A stretch of 64,000 nt of DNA from Opitutales bacterium. Its GTDB lineage: Bacteria > Verrucomicrobiota > Verrucomicrobiia > Opitutales > JABSRG01. The stretch is from the NCBI GenBank assembly GCA_049599475.1, contig JBMYOQ010000004.1, positions 79,611 to 143,610 of the forward strand, given 5' to 3'. Under the pieces are notes generated by a model. It made no database searches and was not told where the DNA came from. It saw only the letters and a list, made by a program, of their open reading frames with translations. Below are positions 1 to 8,901 of the stretch, one piece after another (within the stretch, counting starts at the first letter, position 1; every line of letters starts with the position of its first letter). The position numbers and the translations under genes were made by a program.

Positions 1-3000
1 GCCTCGGGCTTCGTAGATTATACAGTCGGCGAAAATACCTCACACGGGGCCTTGAATTGGGAGGTTTTCGAAATCGATTCTGATAAATCAGTGTTTTCGA
101 TGCCGATTGCTCAAGTAGCTCCTCAAGCTCTCGAAACCTTATCTCTCGAGCTTCAGGTCAACAATCAGAATATTCGCGAGAACAATCAGTGGAGTTTTCC
201 GAAGGGGGGAACCGTAGACATTTCAGGGGAGTTTTCCGATCTATTTACAGACTCGGCGAAGCAGGTGCTTTACCGATTGAACGCTTACAGGAGTCCATTA
301 GACGATGCGCAAAGCGGAAACTCCGGTATGCATTCGACTGCGCCTTCGACTCTGATGCGTGGCCTGCACACGCAGTCATCTCGTTGGGAGAGTGCTTATA
401 ATCAAGAGAATACGACCGATGAATTTGGGCGATTTCGGGACTTGATCCCCGTGGTTGAAGCCTTCGATTCCGAACATAAACGTTACCAATATTGGGTTGA
501 TTTTTTATACTACGAAGAGGGGTCCGGCGCTTGGGTTTCAGCAGGATGGATGGCCTTTGTGGTATCCGAACATGCTTACATCGGCCGTTTAGGGGTAAGC
601 TCCACTATTGTAGAACCGGGTGGTAGCGTATTGATGCGTTTCAGTGCGGAGTCTCCCTTTCGGTCTCCGGTTGCGGTCGATGGGCAAATTCGGGTTGAGC
701 GCAAGGAATGGGAGGAGACTTGGATCGATTCCAGAGGGCGCCAGTTGAGTGGCACGGAGTATCGCGAGACGCGTTCAAGGCGGGGTTTTTTTAGATCTTG
801 GGCTGAAGGGGATCGAGCTTACCGCCTTTTGGATTCGGGCTTTCGCCAGGAACCCATTTTTGCGCGCCGCCTAAACCTGAGGGCAGGTAATTCTTTTCAA
901 CGACAATTCCGCCTGGATGAGCCAGGCATATACGAATTCTCCTGGATGGATATTGATGCGGCAGGACGCCCTATTGTTGAGACGCAGACGGTCTACTGCA
1001 TCGACCTAGATTCAGGATCCACGGCAACTTGGAATTTACAGGATATTATTTGGGTGTCACCGGACGCCTTTCGCCCGAATGGGAGCGGGGACAGCGGTGT
1101 CATATTATTTCCCGACGAAGTTAAGCGAGCCTGGGTAGAGATACAGAGCCGGAATGGTCGAGAAATGAAAGTGTATGAAGTCGGGCGCGGTCTCATACAA
1201 ATCGCAGAAGCTGATTTTTCGAATCTATGGGCGGAAGCCACGGAGATTAAAATAGGTTTTTTAGAGGGGACTGAATTTCAAACTATGGCGATGCCGTTTG
1301 GCTCGATGAGCGCTGGGCAAGGCCTTGAAATAAATCTCTCACGAAGCCAGTTGGGCCCTCTGGATTCATTTGAGATATCCGCCTTCAATCTAAAAGAAAA
1401 GGAATCTCACAACCTTTGGTATATACTATCGCCAGAGTTGGATACTTCTCTTCAAGATAATCTGAGTTGGACACAAAATGCTCAAGGAAGGGAGCAGCAA
1501 GCTTCGTCTTGGACTACCTCATTTGATGCGATTCCCTATTATTTTCCGAAAAGCCCTCTTTCAGGCCAGGAACAAGAGGCCCGAGAAAGTAGTTCGTTGT
1601 TGGCTGCAGATCTCGAAGAGCATGCTCTATATCCTCTCGCAATAGGAGAGTGGCTCCATCAAATCGAATTACTGAATGACCGTGACGGCGTTGTTTCAAT
1701 GACCGCGCGAGCCCCCGATCAATCTGCTGAGTATCGGGTGCAGTTCTTGGAATTTGATCCGGGAGGAGATGCAGATGTCGGTGTAAGTAATATTTCCGTA
1801 CGAGCTCCTGTGGATGTAGACATCCGGGCACCAGAATGGGCGAGGAAAGGAGACCGCATTATTGCGGTAACGAAGATCTCGAACAACGACGAGAGTCCAC
1901 AAACTGAAGTCTTTGAAACACGCTTATCCTTCGGGTCAGAATCGGAATTTAGCAGCTTAAACAGAATGGATCTTGAGCCTGAAATCGATTATTCTCTTCG
2001 ATCCTATTTTGATATCCCGAATATCTCTGACTCTGACGATAATTTAGCTTCAATCAGTTTTAGGAGGGAGGGTAAACCTTGGAAGGTGGCCGTGGACCTA
2101 GAGCTGCATCCGAATGAATCGCTGGCAAAATACTTCTCCTCTGTAGATCAACTCCAGGCGGGTCTATGGAAAAACGAATCTGTTGATTTCGCTCGTTTGG
2201 ACGCCGTTTATTTCGCATTCGGGTATGAACATTTGATTGAAATGTTAGGAGAAGTTTCGGAGCAAAGTGCCCCGGAATTCGTATTAGCGCATCTACGCAA
2301 TTTGCTCTTTGAGCTGCTCTCTGGAGATGCAGACCTCGCGAAGATACGCCAAGAAATCGATCATTTGGAGAGATTTCTTACGTCTGACGGAGGTATTTCG
2401 TTCTACGAGAACTCTCAGAAGGATATCTTTTGGTCTGCCTTTATTTATTTATTATTGAGCGAAGTGCGGACCGAATTCGGAGTCGATTCGCCTCTGGATG
2501 ATGCGGTGAGTGGCTATCTGTCGAGTATCATTTCGGACGGCACTCAGAAGGCTTCGGCGCGCATATGGTCTCTCTATGCGCTATCGACTCGCTTCGTGGG
2601 GACAGACGCCACCGCAAGTAAGTCTGAACTATCGGCTTATCAACGCATGTGGAGGATTCGAGCCACATTGCCTCCGTATAGTTTACGGATGCTGAGTGTC
2701 GTGGCGGATCGCTTTGGTCTCGTCGAAGATCGCAAGCTATGGGAGGATTTGGCGACGAGGCGTGAGGAGACTCCGACGGAAATTAAAGTAAATGATCGCC
2801 TACGCATCGGCTTGGCTAGTGCAACGACGCCTTTCTTCTCCAACTCGGAACAGACTATGATTAATGAGCTATTCAAGTCAGGCTCTGAGACTGCCGGGGG
2901 TGCGTTTCAATTTTCGATCTCTGGTGATGCGTTAGATCGGACGTTTCTTTTGAAAATGCTTTTGGCTTTAAACTCTGTGCAGGGTGTGAGCTCGAAGGAG

Positions 3001-3705
3001 ACCGTTGGTTTTCCCGATTTGGATGCATTTAGAAATGCACTACAAGTGAGAGTGTCGGATCGTATCTTGAGTCCGGAAGAGTTCGAATTGGCGCGATCGG
3101 AGTCGGGTTATTTTATGCTGATACTGGATCCTTCAGTAGGCTTAGCAAATCCACAAGGCTCACTCACGTTGTCGATCCAGGGATCTGTGCAGCCGTTGTG
3201 GGTGCTCAAAGGAATAGATGATCTTCGGAAAGCAGGAGATGGTGTTTTCCTGAGCCGAGACCTGAAGCGTATTAGCCGCGTGCAGACCCTATTGCGCGGA
3301 GTTGTCGAAAAGTCCGAATCGGTTAAATCTGAGCAGGTTGTGCTCAATCCAGAGGATCGATTGCTCGTTGGTGTGAAAATCAACACAGACCGTGCTCTGA
3401 GATCGCTTGTATTAAGAGAGCCCTTACCTGCAGGGATGCGCTTGGTTTCATCGGATCTTAAGCTAGTAGGCCGCTCGGGCCGTGAGCTGCCAGTGGAAGA
3501 TGTAGAATGGTATGTCGATCCTTATGGAATCGAAGCCCGTATACGTAACTTGCCGGAAGGGGAATGGTCGATGGCTTATCGGCTCGGCCCTGATTTTGAG
3601 GGGGAATACCACTCCGGAAATTTTTCACTCTTTGGCAATGAACCAGAATTTCAGAAAGCGTACCTTCCGAAATACTCAGTCAAAATTTCTGAGGAACTGG
3701 AGTAG
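1..3705 (+). CDS. Alpha-2-macroglobulin-like protein, 5'-truncated by window edge
   Basis: Frame is open from base 1. MG-like beta domains, 'P..L..GD' motif (APEWARKGDRI), helical region 'DGGISFY...FWSAFIYLLL', C-terminal 'LREPLPAGM...YRL...GEY' typical of bacterial A2M. No CxEQ motif seen. Confidence 0.7.
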   Translation, partial: ASGFVDYTVGENTSHGALNWEVFEIDSDKSVFSMPIAQVAPQALETLSLELQVNNQNIRENNQWSFPKGGTVDISGEFSDLFTDSAKQVLYRLNAYRSPLDDAQSGNSGMHSTAPSTLMRGLHTQSSRWESAYNQENTTDEFGRFRDLIPVVEAFDSEHKRYQYWVDFLYYEEGSGAWVSAGWMAFVVSEHAYIGRLGVSSTIVEPGGSVLMRFSAESPFRSPVAVDGQIRVERKEWEETWIDSRGRQLSGTEYRETRSRRGFFRSWAEGDRAYRLLDSGFRQEPIFARRLNLRAGNSFQRQFRLDEPGIYEFSWMDIDAAGRPIVETQTVYCIDLDSGSTATWNLQDIIWVSPDAFRPNGSGDSGVILFPDEVKRAWVEIQSRNGREMKVYEVGRGLIQIAEADFSNLWAEATEIKIGFLEGTEFQTMAMPFGSMSAGQGLEINLSRSQLGPLDSFEISAFNLKEKESHNLWYILSPELDTSLQDNLSWTQNAQGREQQASSWTTSFDAIPYYFPKSPLSGQEQEARESSSLLAADLEEHALYPLAIGEWLHQIELLNDRDGVVSMTARAPDQSAEYRVQFLEFDPGGDADVGVSNISVRAPVDVDIRAPEWARKGDRIIAVTKISNNDESPQTEVFETRLSFGSESEFSSLNRMDLEPEIDYSLRSYFDIPNISDSDDNLASISFRREGKPWKVAVDLELHPNESLAKYFSSVDQLQAGLWKNESVDFARLDAVYFAFGYEHLIEMLGEVSEQSAPEFVLAHLRNLLFELLSGDADLAKIRQEIDHLERFLTSDGGISFYENSQKDIFWSAFIYLLLSEVRTEFGVDSPLDDAVSGYLSSIISDGTQKASARIWSLYALSTRFVGTDATASKSELSAYQRMWRIRATLPPYSLRMLSVVADRFGLVEDRKLWEDLATRREETPTEIKVNDRLRIGLASATTPFFSNSEQTMINELFKSGSETAGGAFQFSISGDALDRTFLLKMLLALNSVQGVSSKETVGFPDLDAFRNALQVRVSDRILSPEEFELARSESGYFMLILDPSVGLANPQGSLTLSIQGSVQPLWVLKGIDDLRKAGDGVFLSRDLKRISRVQTLLRGVVEKSESVKSEQVVLNPEDRLLVGVKINTDRALRSLVLREPLPAGMRLVSSDLKLVGRSGRELPVEDVEWYVDPYGIEARIRNLPEGEWSMAYRLGPDFEGEYHSGNFSLFGNEPEFQKAYLPKYSVKISEELE

Positions 3706-3735
3706 GCGAGGTCTTAGCTCGTATCAGCTTCACTA

Positions 3736-5472
3736 TTACGCCGAAGGTAGCCAAAATTCAAAAGTCGTGCCCTCAGGGCCGGACTGGAGGAGTTGAATGT
3801 CGCCACGGTGGCTTTTCAAAATCCGTTTGCTGATGGCTAGGCCAAGACCTGTTCCGTCTTTTTTACCGGTAAGGAAAGAATCGAAAATATGCTCCTGAAT
3901 CTCGCGTGCAACGCCCGCTCCGGAGTCGGACACACTGACAACTACGCGATTGCTTGAGCCCACATCGCGATTGTCGGTTGAGATGCGAATAGTCTGTGGC
4001 TCATCTTTATCTACGGAAGAGAGCTTTTTTTGAATGATGGCCTCCATCGCATTGATCATCAAGTTCAGCAAGAGCTGTTGTATTTGTCCCTTATTACAGT
4101 TTACATACACTGATTTTGGGGCGCTTTGGTGGACTATATTGATCTGGTTTTGCTTCAGTTTCAGGCGAACCAGTAAAATAGAATCTTCAATCAGGCGGTC
4201 GATATTGCAGCGGGCGTGCATATCTTGCCGGGCTTTTCCAAACTGGAGAACTCTGGAGACAATGTCTTCGAGTTGGTTCAGTTTTTCATGGATGACTTCA
4301 ACATCCTTCCCTCGCATATCACCCTCTGGAAATTTGAGATCCATGGCATCAAATAAAAGCCGGATAACAGTGAGCGGATTCCGGATTTCGTGTGCAATCT
4401 CAGCCGCGAGTAGACCCAGCGTTGTCAGTTTCTCTGTCTTACGCAGGCTCTCCTCAGAGGAGAATACGCGAGCATAGAGACGGGCGTTTTGAATGGCGAC
4501 TGCTCCCATCCTTGCCATAGTCTCCAGAAGCTTCTTTTCGTCGTTATTGAAGCGATGATGTGTATCCGTATACGCGTTTAAAACGCCAATTGGCTCGTCT
4601 TCGTAGGTGATCGGTACGGACAGCATGCTTACCAGGTTTTCCTGCCGAATAAGCTCTGTAAAATGATGCTCTTCACTTCTTGAGATGTCCGGTGCTTCAA
4701 TGGATTTCTGGTGTTGGACCACCGTCCCCATGGAGCAATCTGCAGTCTGGATGGCTTCTTGATAGCGAATCGGTTTACCATCCGGACCAATGAGCGAGGC
4801 CAGGCGAAGAGTCTTCTGGTCTTTACTCAATAGGAAGAGGGCGCACATTCGGCTTCCGAGTAGGCTGCGGGACTCGCGTACGACATCGACCAGCACCTCG
4901 GGCAACTCGATCTTGCTTACAATGCGGCCGGTGACATTTACCAAGCTCTGCAATTGTCCCGCCTTGGTTTTCAATTGGCGAATGAGCCACAGTCGGGACA
5001 CGACCTTGGCTGCTTCATTGGTGAGCAGAGTCAGGCTCTTGAGGTTATGATCATCAAATGCGCCGACTTCTTCCGAGTCTACATTTACAACACCGATCAC
5101 TGTGCCCTGTTCCTCTAGGGGCACTGCCATTTCCGATCGAATGCTCGATTTGATACGCACGTATCTCGGATCCTTTGTAACATCTGGAACGACTAGAGAT
5201 TTTCCTCGCTGAGCTACCCATCCTGTGATGCCGCGACCGAGAGGTAGTTGTAATGAATTGGTATCCGCCGGGAGTCCCGAATAGACCTCAATGTTTAGAG
5301 TATTTGTCTCAGGATTGATCATCGAGATGGATGCGCTACTGGCATCCAGCACACGGACCATCTCATCCAAAATTATCTGTAAAGCCTCGCTTGGATCGTC
5401 GGTGCTGCTGGTTAAGCTGCTTATTCTGTAAAGGGCATCGATCGCTGTGATGTCTCGGGACTCTAAGGACAT
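3736..5472 (-). CDS. GAF-GAF sensor histidine kinase (HisKA + HATPase)
   Basis: Two GAF domains (GRGITGWVA...SEMAVPL; SMLSVPI...IGVLNAY), H-box AHEIRNPL, N-box NLMINAMEA, DSGAG and GTGLGL boxes; no TM segments. Confidence 0.92.
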   Translation of the reverse strand: MSLESRDITAIDALYRISSLTSSTDDPSEALQIILDEMVRVLDASSASISMINPETNTLNIEVYSGLPADTNSLQLPLGRGITGWVAQRGKSLVVPDVTKDPRYVRIKSSIRSEMAVPLEEQGTVIGVVNVDSEEVGAFDDHNLKSLTLLTNEAAKVVSRLWLIRQLKTKAGQLQSLVNVTGRIVSKIELPEVLVDVVRESRSLLGSRMCALFLLSKDQKTLRLASLIGPDGKPIRYQEAIQTADCSMGTVVQHQKSIEAPDISRSEEHHFTELIRQENLVSMLSVPITYEDEPIGVLNAYTDTHHRFNNDEKKLLETMARMGAVAIQNARLYARVFSSEESLRKTEKLTTLGLLAAEIAHEIRNPLTVIRLLFDAMDLKFPEGDMRGKDVEVIHEKLNQLEDIVSRVLQFGKARQDMHARCNIDRLIEDSILLVRLKLKQNQINIVHQSAPKSVYVNCNKGQIQQLLLNLMINAMEAIIQKKLSSVDKDEPQTIRISTDNRDVGSSNRVVVSVSDSGAGVAREIQEHIFDSFLTGKKDGTGLGLAISKRILKSHRGDIQLLQSGPEGTTFEFWLPSA

Positions 5473-5677
5473 ACGTTAAAATTCTAGAGGGTTACTCAAA
5501 AGTCTCTTCATCTATAAGAGACGAAGTTCTTAGCGCTAGGCTATATCAGTTGGGCGAACCGCGATTTAAAGGTCTTTCGCAAAAGTTACTAACTCCTTCA
5601 GCCTATCGATTATTCGCGAAGAAAGTAAAGCTCTTCGCATCGAGGAGAGAAAATCATCTATATCGTCGAACTGCGTG

Positions 5678-8509
5678 TTACTCGCTCGTTCCGGTGCGGG
5701 TCTGCTCTTCGATGATTTGATTCAAGGTCTCGCGCAGTGAAAGGAGGTTATTCGTATCCGCGCTGGTTTCTTGATTGATGCGCTCGATGTAGAAGGTGTC
5801 CATGGCGACGCTGCGCTCGGTTGCGATTCGGGCAAATGCTATATCGAAACCGTGCTTATAAATGGCGTGCGCTATGAGATATAGCAGTCCGATTTTGTCA
5901 CTGGCTTGAATCTCAAGAATCGTCCTCTGTAGAGACAATTCGTGATAGACGTCCACGCGAGGCGGAATGGCGGCTTGAAGCTGATTATCGTTGTTAATTG
6001 AGAATAGCTTACGCTTCTCTTGTTTGCGGGCTTGGGCGAGAATCTCTGGGTAGAGATCCTTGTTTAGCATCAATGCATCATTGACCGCTTTGGAGAAAAT
6101 CTTGCGTGCCTTCGGGTTTTCCACAACTCCACCGCGTGGCTCGGAAACAAAGAAGGTATCGATCGTGATGTGGTCACTGCGTGAGATCGCTTTGGAGCTG
6201 AGGATATTCAACCCAGCAAGAGCAAATGCACCGGCGAGGCGGTAAAATAGCCCCGCTCGGTCCCATGTCACGATATTGACGACTGTCATGCTGCGCTCCA
6301 AATCGTCGTGCCAATCAATAATTGGGACGAGGGATCCTAGGGACTCCGCTTCGTGGATATTCGTCAAGAGTTGGTTGATCATCCGGATGTGCAACTCAAT
6401 CTCCGGAATCGTGTGATGGATGAAGTAGCGCTCAGGCAGCAGACTGAAATGTGCTTCGATTTCGTCGGCCGAGATATCTGTTATCCCACGTTCTTTTATT
6501 GATTCGTAGGCAGACATTTTTCTTTCGCGACTCTGATCGCTGAGAGTCGACTTATTTTTAAGAACTTCGAAAGTTTCACGGTAAAGGCGTGTGTGAAGTG
6601 TGTTTTTATATTCGTTCCAAAGGCCTTCTGAGGTTCCGCAAGCATCGCAATATGTGTGCACATACAGTAACGAGAGCTGGTTGGCATCACGTATAAATTC
6701 TGCGAAAGACTCTGGAGTTTTGGGGTCATCTAGATCAAATCTTTGCCAGAAGCGTGCCATTTCCAAATGGTGCCTTATAATGAACAATATTTGTCCCCGT
6801 AAATCCTCTGGGATATCTAGCCGTTGGAGGATGGGTTCGGCGATCGCAACGCCGTTCAAAGCGTGGTTTTTGATCGCGATACCTTTACCGATGTCGTGCA
6901 ACAGGAGAATCAAGTAAAGCAGGTTGGGGTATTGTGCTTGTCGCAGAGCATTGCGATAGAGATCTGCCAGACGGTCCCGTTCATTGAATACTCTATCCAG
7001 CTCTTTGATGGTATTTAGAGTGTGGATATCCGCAGTGTAGCGGTGATAGTATTCGTGTTGTACTAAGCAGGTGAGCTTTTGCCACTCGGGTATAAATCTG
7101 CCAAGAACGCGCGTGTCGTGCATCTCTATAAGTGCCCGGTGAACATCGCCCGCGCTTTGGAGAATAGCGCGCATCGCAGAGCTGGCTGATGGGTCGTCAA
7201 TAACGTGTCTTGTTATCAACGGTACGCTCTCGGAAATAAGGTTCTTAAGATCAAGATCGAGCTTCATCTTGTACTGTTGCATGTGTCGAAACACACGAAT
7301 CAGGCGGACGGGATCTCGTTTAAATACGTTCTTGTTTTGAGGGGTGATGAGTCCGTCCTGGAATACAAATCCATCGATGACACGTGGTTTCTCGCTCAAC
7401 CCCTTATGGGCTCGAATGACATCCATGAACTTGATCGGAGTCTTGTCGGGGAGATTTGAACGTGCGAGCTTGGCCTCCAGGTATCGTGAAACATTGAGGA
7501 TCACGTCCGCGTGCCCATAGAAAACCTGCATAAAGGACTCTACGCGATCGAAGATGTTTTTTTGGCGGTAGCCTAAATTCCACGCAACCAAGGGTTGTGC
7601 CTCGAGATCCAGGAGGTCAGTGGGGCGTGAGCTTCGAAAGTGGATTTCGTTCCGGACTCTCAAGAGGAAGCTATATGCCTCTTTAAGTCGCTTCGCTTTC
7701 GAGCGTTTGAGATAGCCATTTTTGATGATGCTCGAGAAATCTCCTTTCCCGAATCGCACTCTAGACATCCACAAAATATTTTGAAAATCTCTCAAGCAGC
7801 CTACGCCGCTTTTCACATCGGGCTCTTGGACGTAGACAGAATCTCCCTGTCGCTTGCGTCGCGCTGTCTGAGATGCGAAGCGTTCCTGCAGATATTTGGA
7901 AGTATCTTCTTTCTTGAGGAATTTTTCGATGGCGCGTTCGAATCGTTGGAAGAGCTTTGCATCTCCGATGATGAGTCGTGTATCCAAGATAGCATTCTTG
8001 GATTTTACCTCCGATTTTGCCTCGATGAGGGTTTCTTTGATTGAGCGAGAAGCGTGGCCTACTTTCAGTCCCAGGTCCCAGAGAGGGTAGAGGATGGCTT
8101 CGGTAAGTTTCTCCTGATATTTCTGGGCCGACTCGCCGCGGAGTGTATCTGGATAGAGAAAGAGCAGGTCGATATCGCTGAACGGACACAATTCGCAGCG
8201 TCCATATCCGCCCGTCGCTATCACCGAAATTTTATAGGGTGGCTTGGCCTCTTTGGAGGCTTCGGTGATCGCATCTTTGTAGATTGTCTCAATCAAGACA
8301 TCGATGATGATCGCGCGACTACGGGTAACGCGTATGCCACTATCGCCCTGGCGATGGTAGCGACGAAGCATTTTATCCTCGAGCGCGAGGAAGCGTTTAT
8401 AAGCCTTAGTTCGGGTGCCCCGGTCTTCTTTCGATATTTTCGCTAAGCGTTGCTTTGCGTGCTTACGAATTCTTCGAAAGAGAGGATCTTCTGTGAACAG
8501 GGTCGCCAT
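5678..8509 (-). CDS. glnD: [Protein-PII] uridylyltransferase/uridylyl-removing enzyme
   Basis: NTase motif ATGGYGR.EL.PFSDIDLL, EPDVKSG.G.LRD, HD domain (YHRYTADIHT, LLHDIGKG), two C-terminal ACT domains (DRAGLF, DKIGLL). Confidence 0.96.
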   Translation of the reverse strand: MATLFTEDPLFRRIRKHAKQRLAKISKEDRGTRTKAYKRFLALEDKMLRRYHRQGDSGIRVTRSRAIIIDVLIETIYKDAITEASKEAKPPYKISVIATGGYGRCELCPFSDIDLLFLYPDTLRGESAQKYQEKLTEAILYPLWDLGLKVGHASRSIKETLIEAKSEVKSKNAILDTRLIIGDAKLFQRFERAIEKFLKKEDTSKYLQERFASQTARRKRQGDSVYVQEPDVKSGVGCLRDFQNILWMSRVRFGKGDFSSIIKNGYLKRSKAKRLKEAYSFLLRVRNEIHFRSSRPTDLLDLEAQPLVAWNLGYRQKNIFDRVESFMQVFYGHADVILNVSRYLEAKLARSNLPDKTPIKFMDVIRAHKGLSEKPRVIDGFVFQDGLITPQNKNVFKRDPVRLIRVFRHMQQYKMKLDLDLKNLISESVPLITRHVIDDPSASSAMRAILQSAGDVHRALIEMHDTRVLGRFIPEWQKLTCLVQHEYYHRYTADIHTLNTIKELDRVFNERDRLADLYRNALRQAQYPNLLYLILLLHDIGKGIAIKNHALNGVAIAEPILQRLDIPEDLRGQILFIIRHHLEMARFWQRFDLDDPKTPESFAEFIRDANQLSLLYVHTYCDACGTSEGLWNEYKNTLHTRLYRETFEVLKNKSTLSDQSRERKMSAYESIKERGITDISADEIEAHFSLLPERYFIHHTIPEIELHIRMINQLLTNIHEAESLGSLVPIIDWHDDLERSMTVVNIVTWDRAGLFYRLAGAFALAGLNILSSKAISRSDHITIDTFFVSEPRGGVVENPKARKIFSKAVNDALMLNKDLYPEILAQARKQEKRKLFSINNDNQLQAAIPPRVDVYHELSLQRTILEIQASDKIGLLYLIAHAIYKHGFDIAFARIATERSVAMDTFYIERINQETSADTNNLLSLRETLNQIIEEQTRTGTSE

Positions 8510-8523
8510 GCGTCCGGGACTCC

Positions 8524-8823
8524 TTAGGCCTCCGCCTTCTGTTGTTTAGGACGATAAAATGTCGCTGAGAAACCCACTCTAGAAACGCAGATTGATCGAG
8601 TTTTAGTCTCGAGGTCGGCCACTTGCTCCGTCATCACCTTGCGGTCCTTCACAAATTTCACTTTGACCAACTCTTCCTTCAAAAGAGCGGTCTCCATTTC
8701 GGTTAAAACGGTTTCCGAGATCCCGCTCTTTCCGAGGAGGACAGACGCCTTCAAACGTTGAGCAATGCCTCGCAGGGCTTTCTTTTCTTTTTGGCTAAGA
8801 CTCTCTGTCTCTGATGATTCCAT
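8524..8823 (-). CDS. yhbY: YhbY/CRM-domain RNA-binding protein
   Basis: LSQKEKKALR..A..LK..V.LGKSG...L.KEELVKVK...G...FYR pattern, 99 aa. Confidence 0.88.
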   Translation of the reverse strand: MESSETESLSQKEKKALRGIAQRLKASVLLGKSGISETVLTEMETALLKEELVKVKFVKDRKVMTEQVADLETKTRSICVSRVGFSATFYRPKQQKAEA

Positions 8824-8901
8824 GTATAATAATTAAGTGTCGCCCGCTGGACTCATATATTCAGCTTTGCTACGGGCTTATCGATAATTGTTTCGCAGTT
8901 T

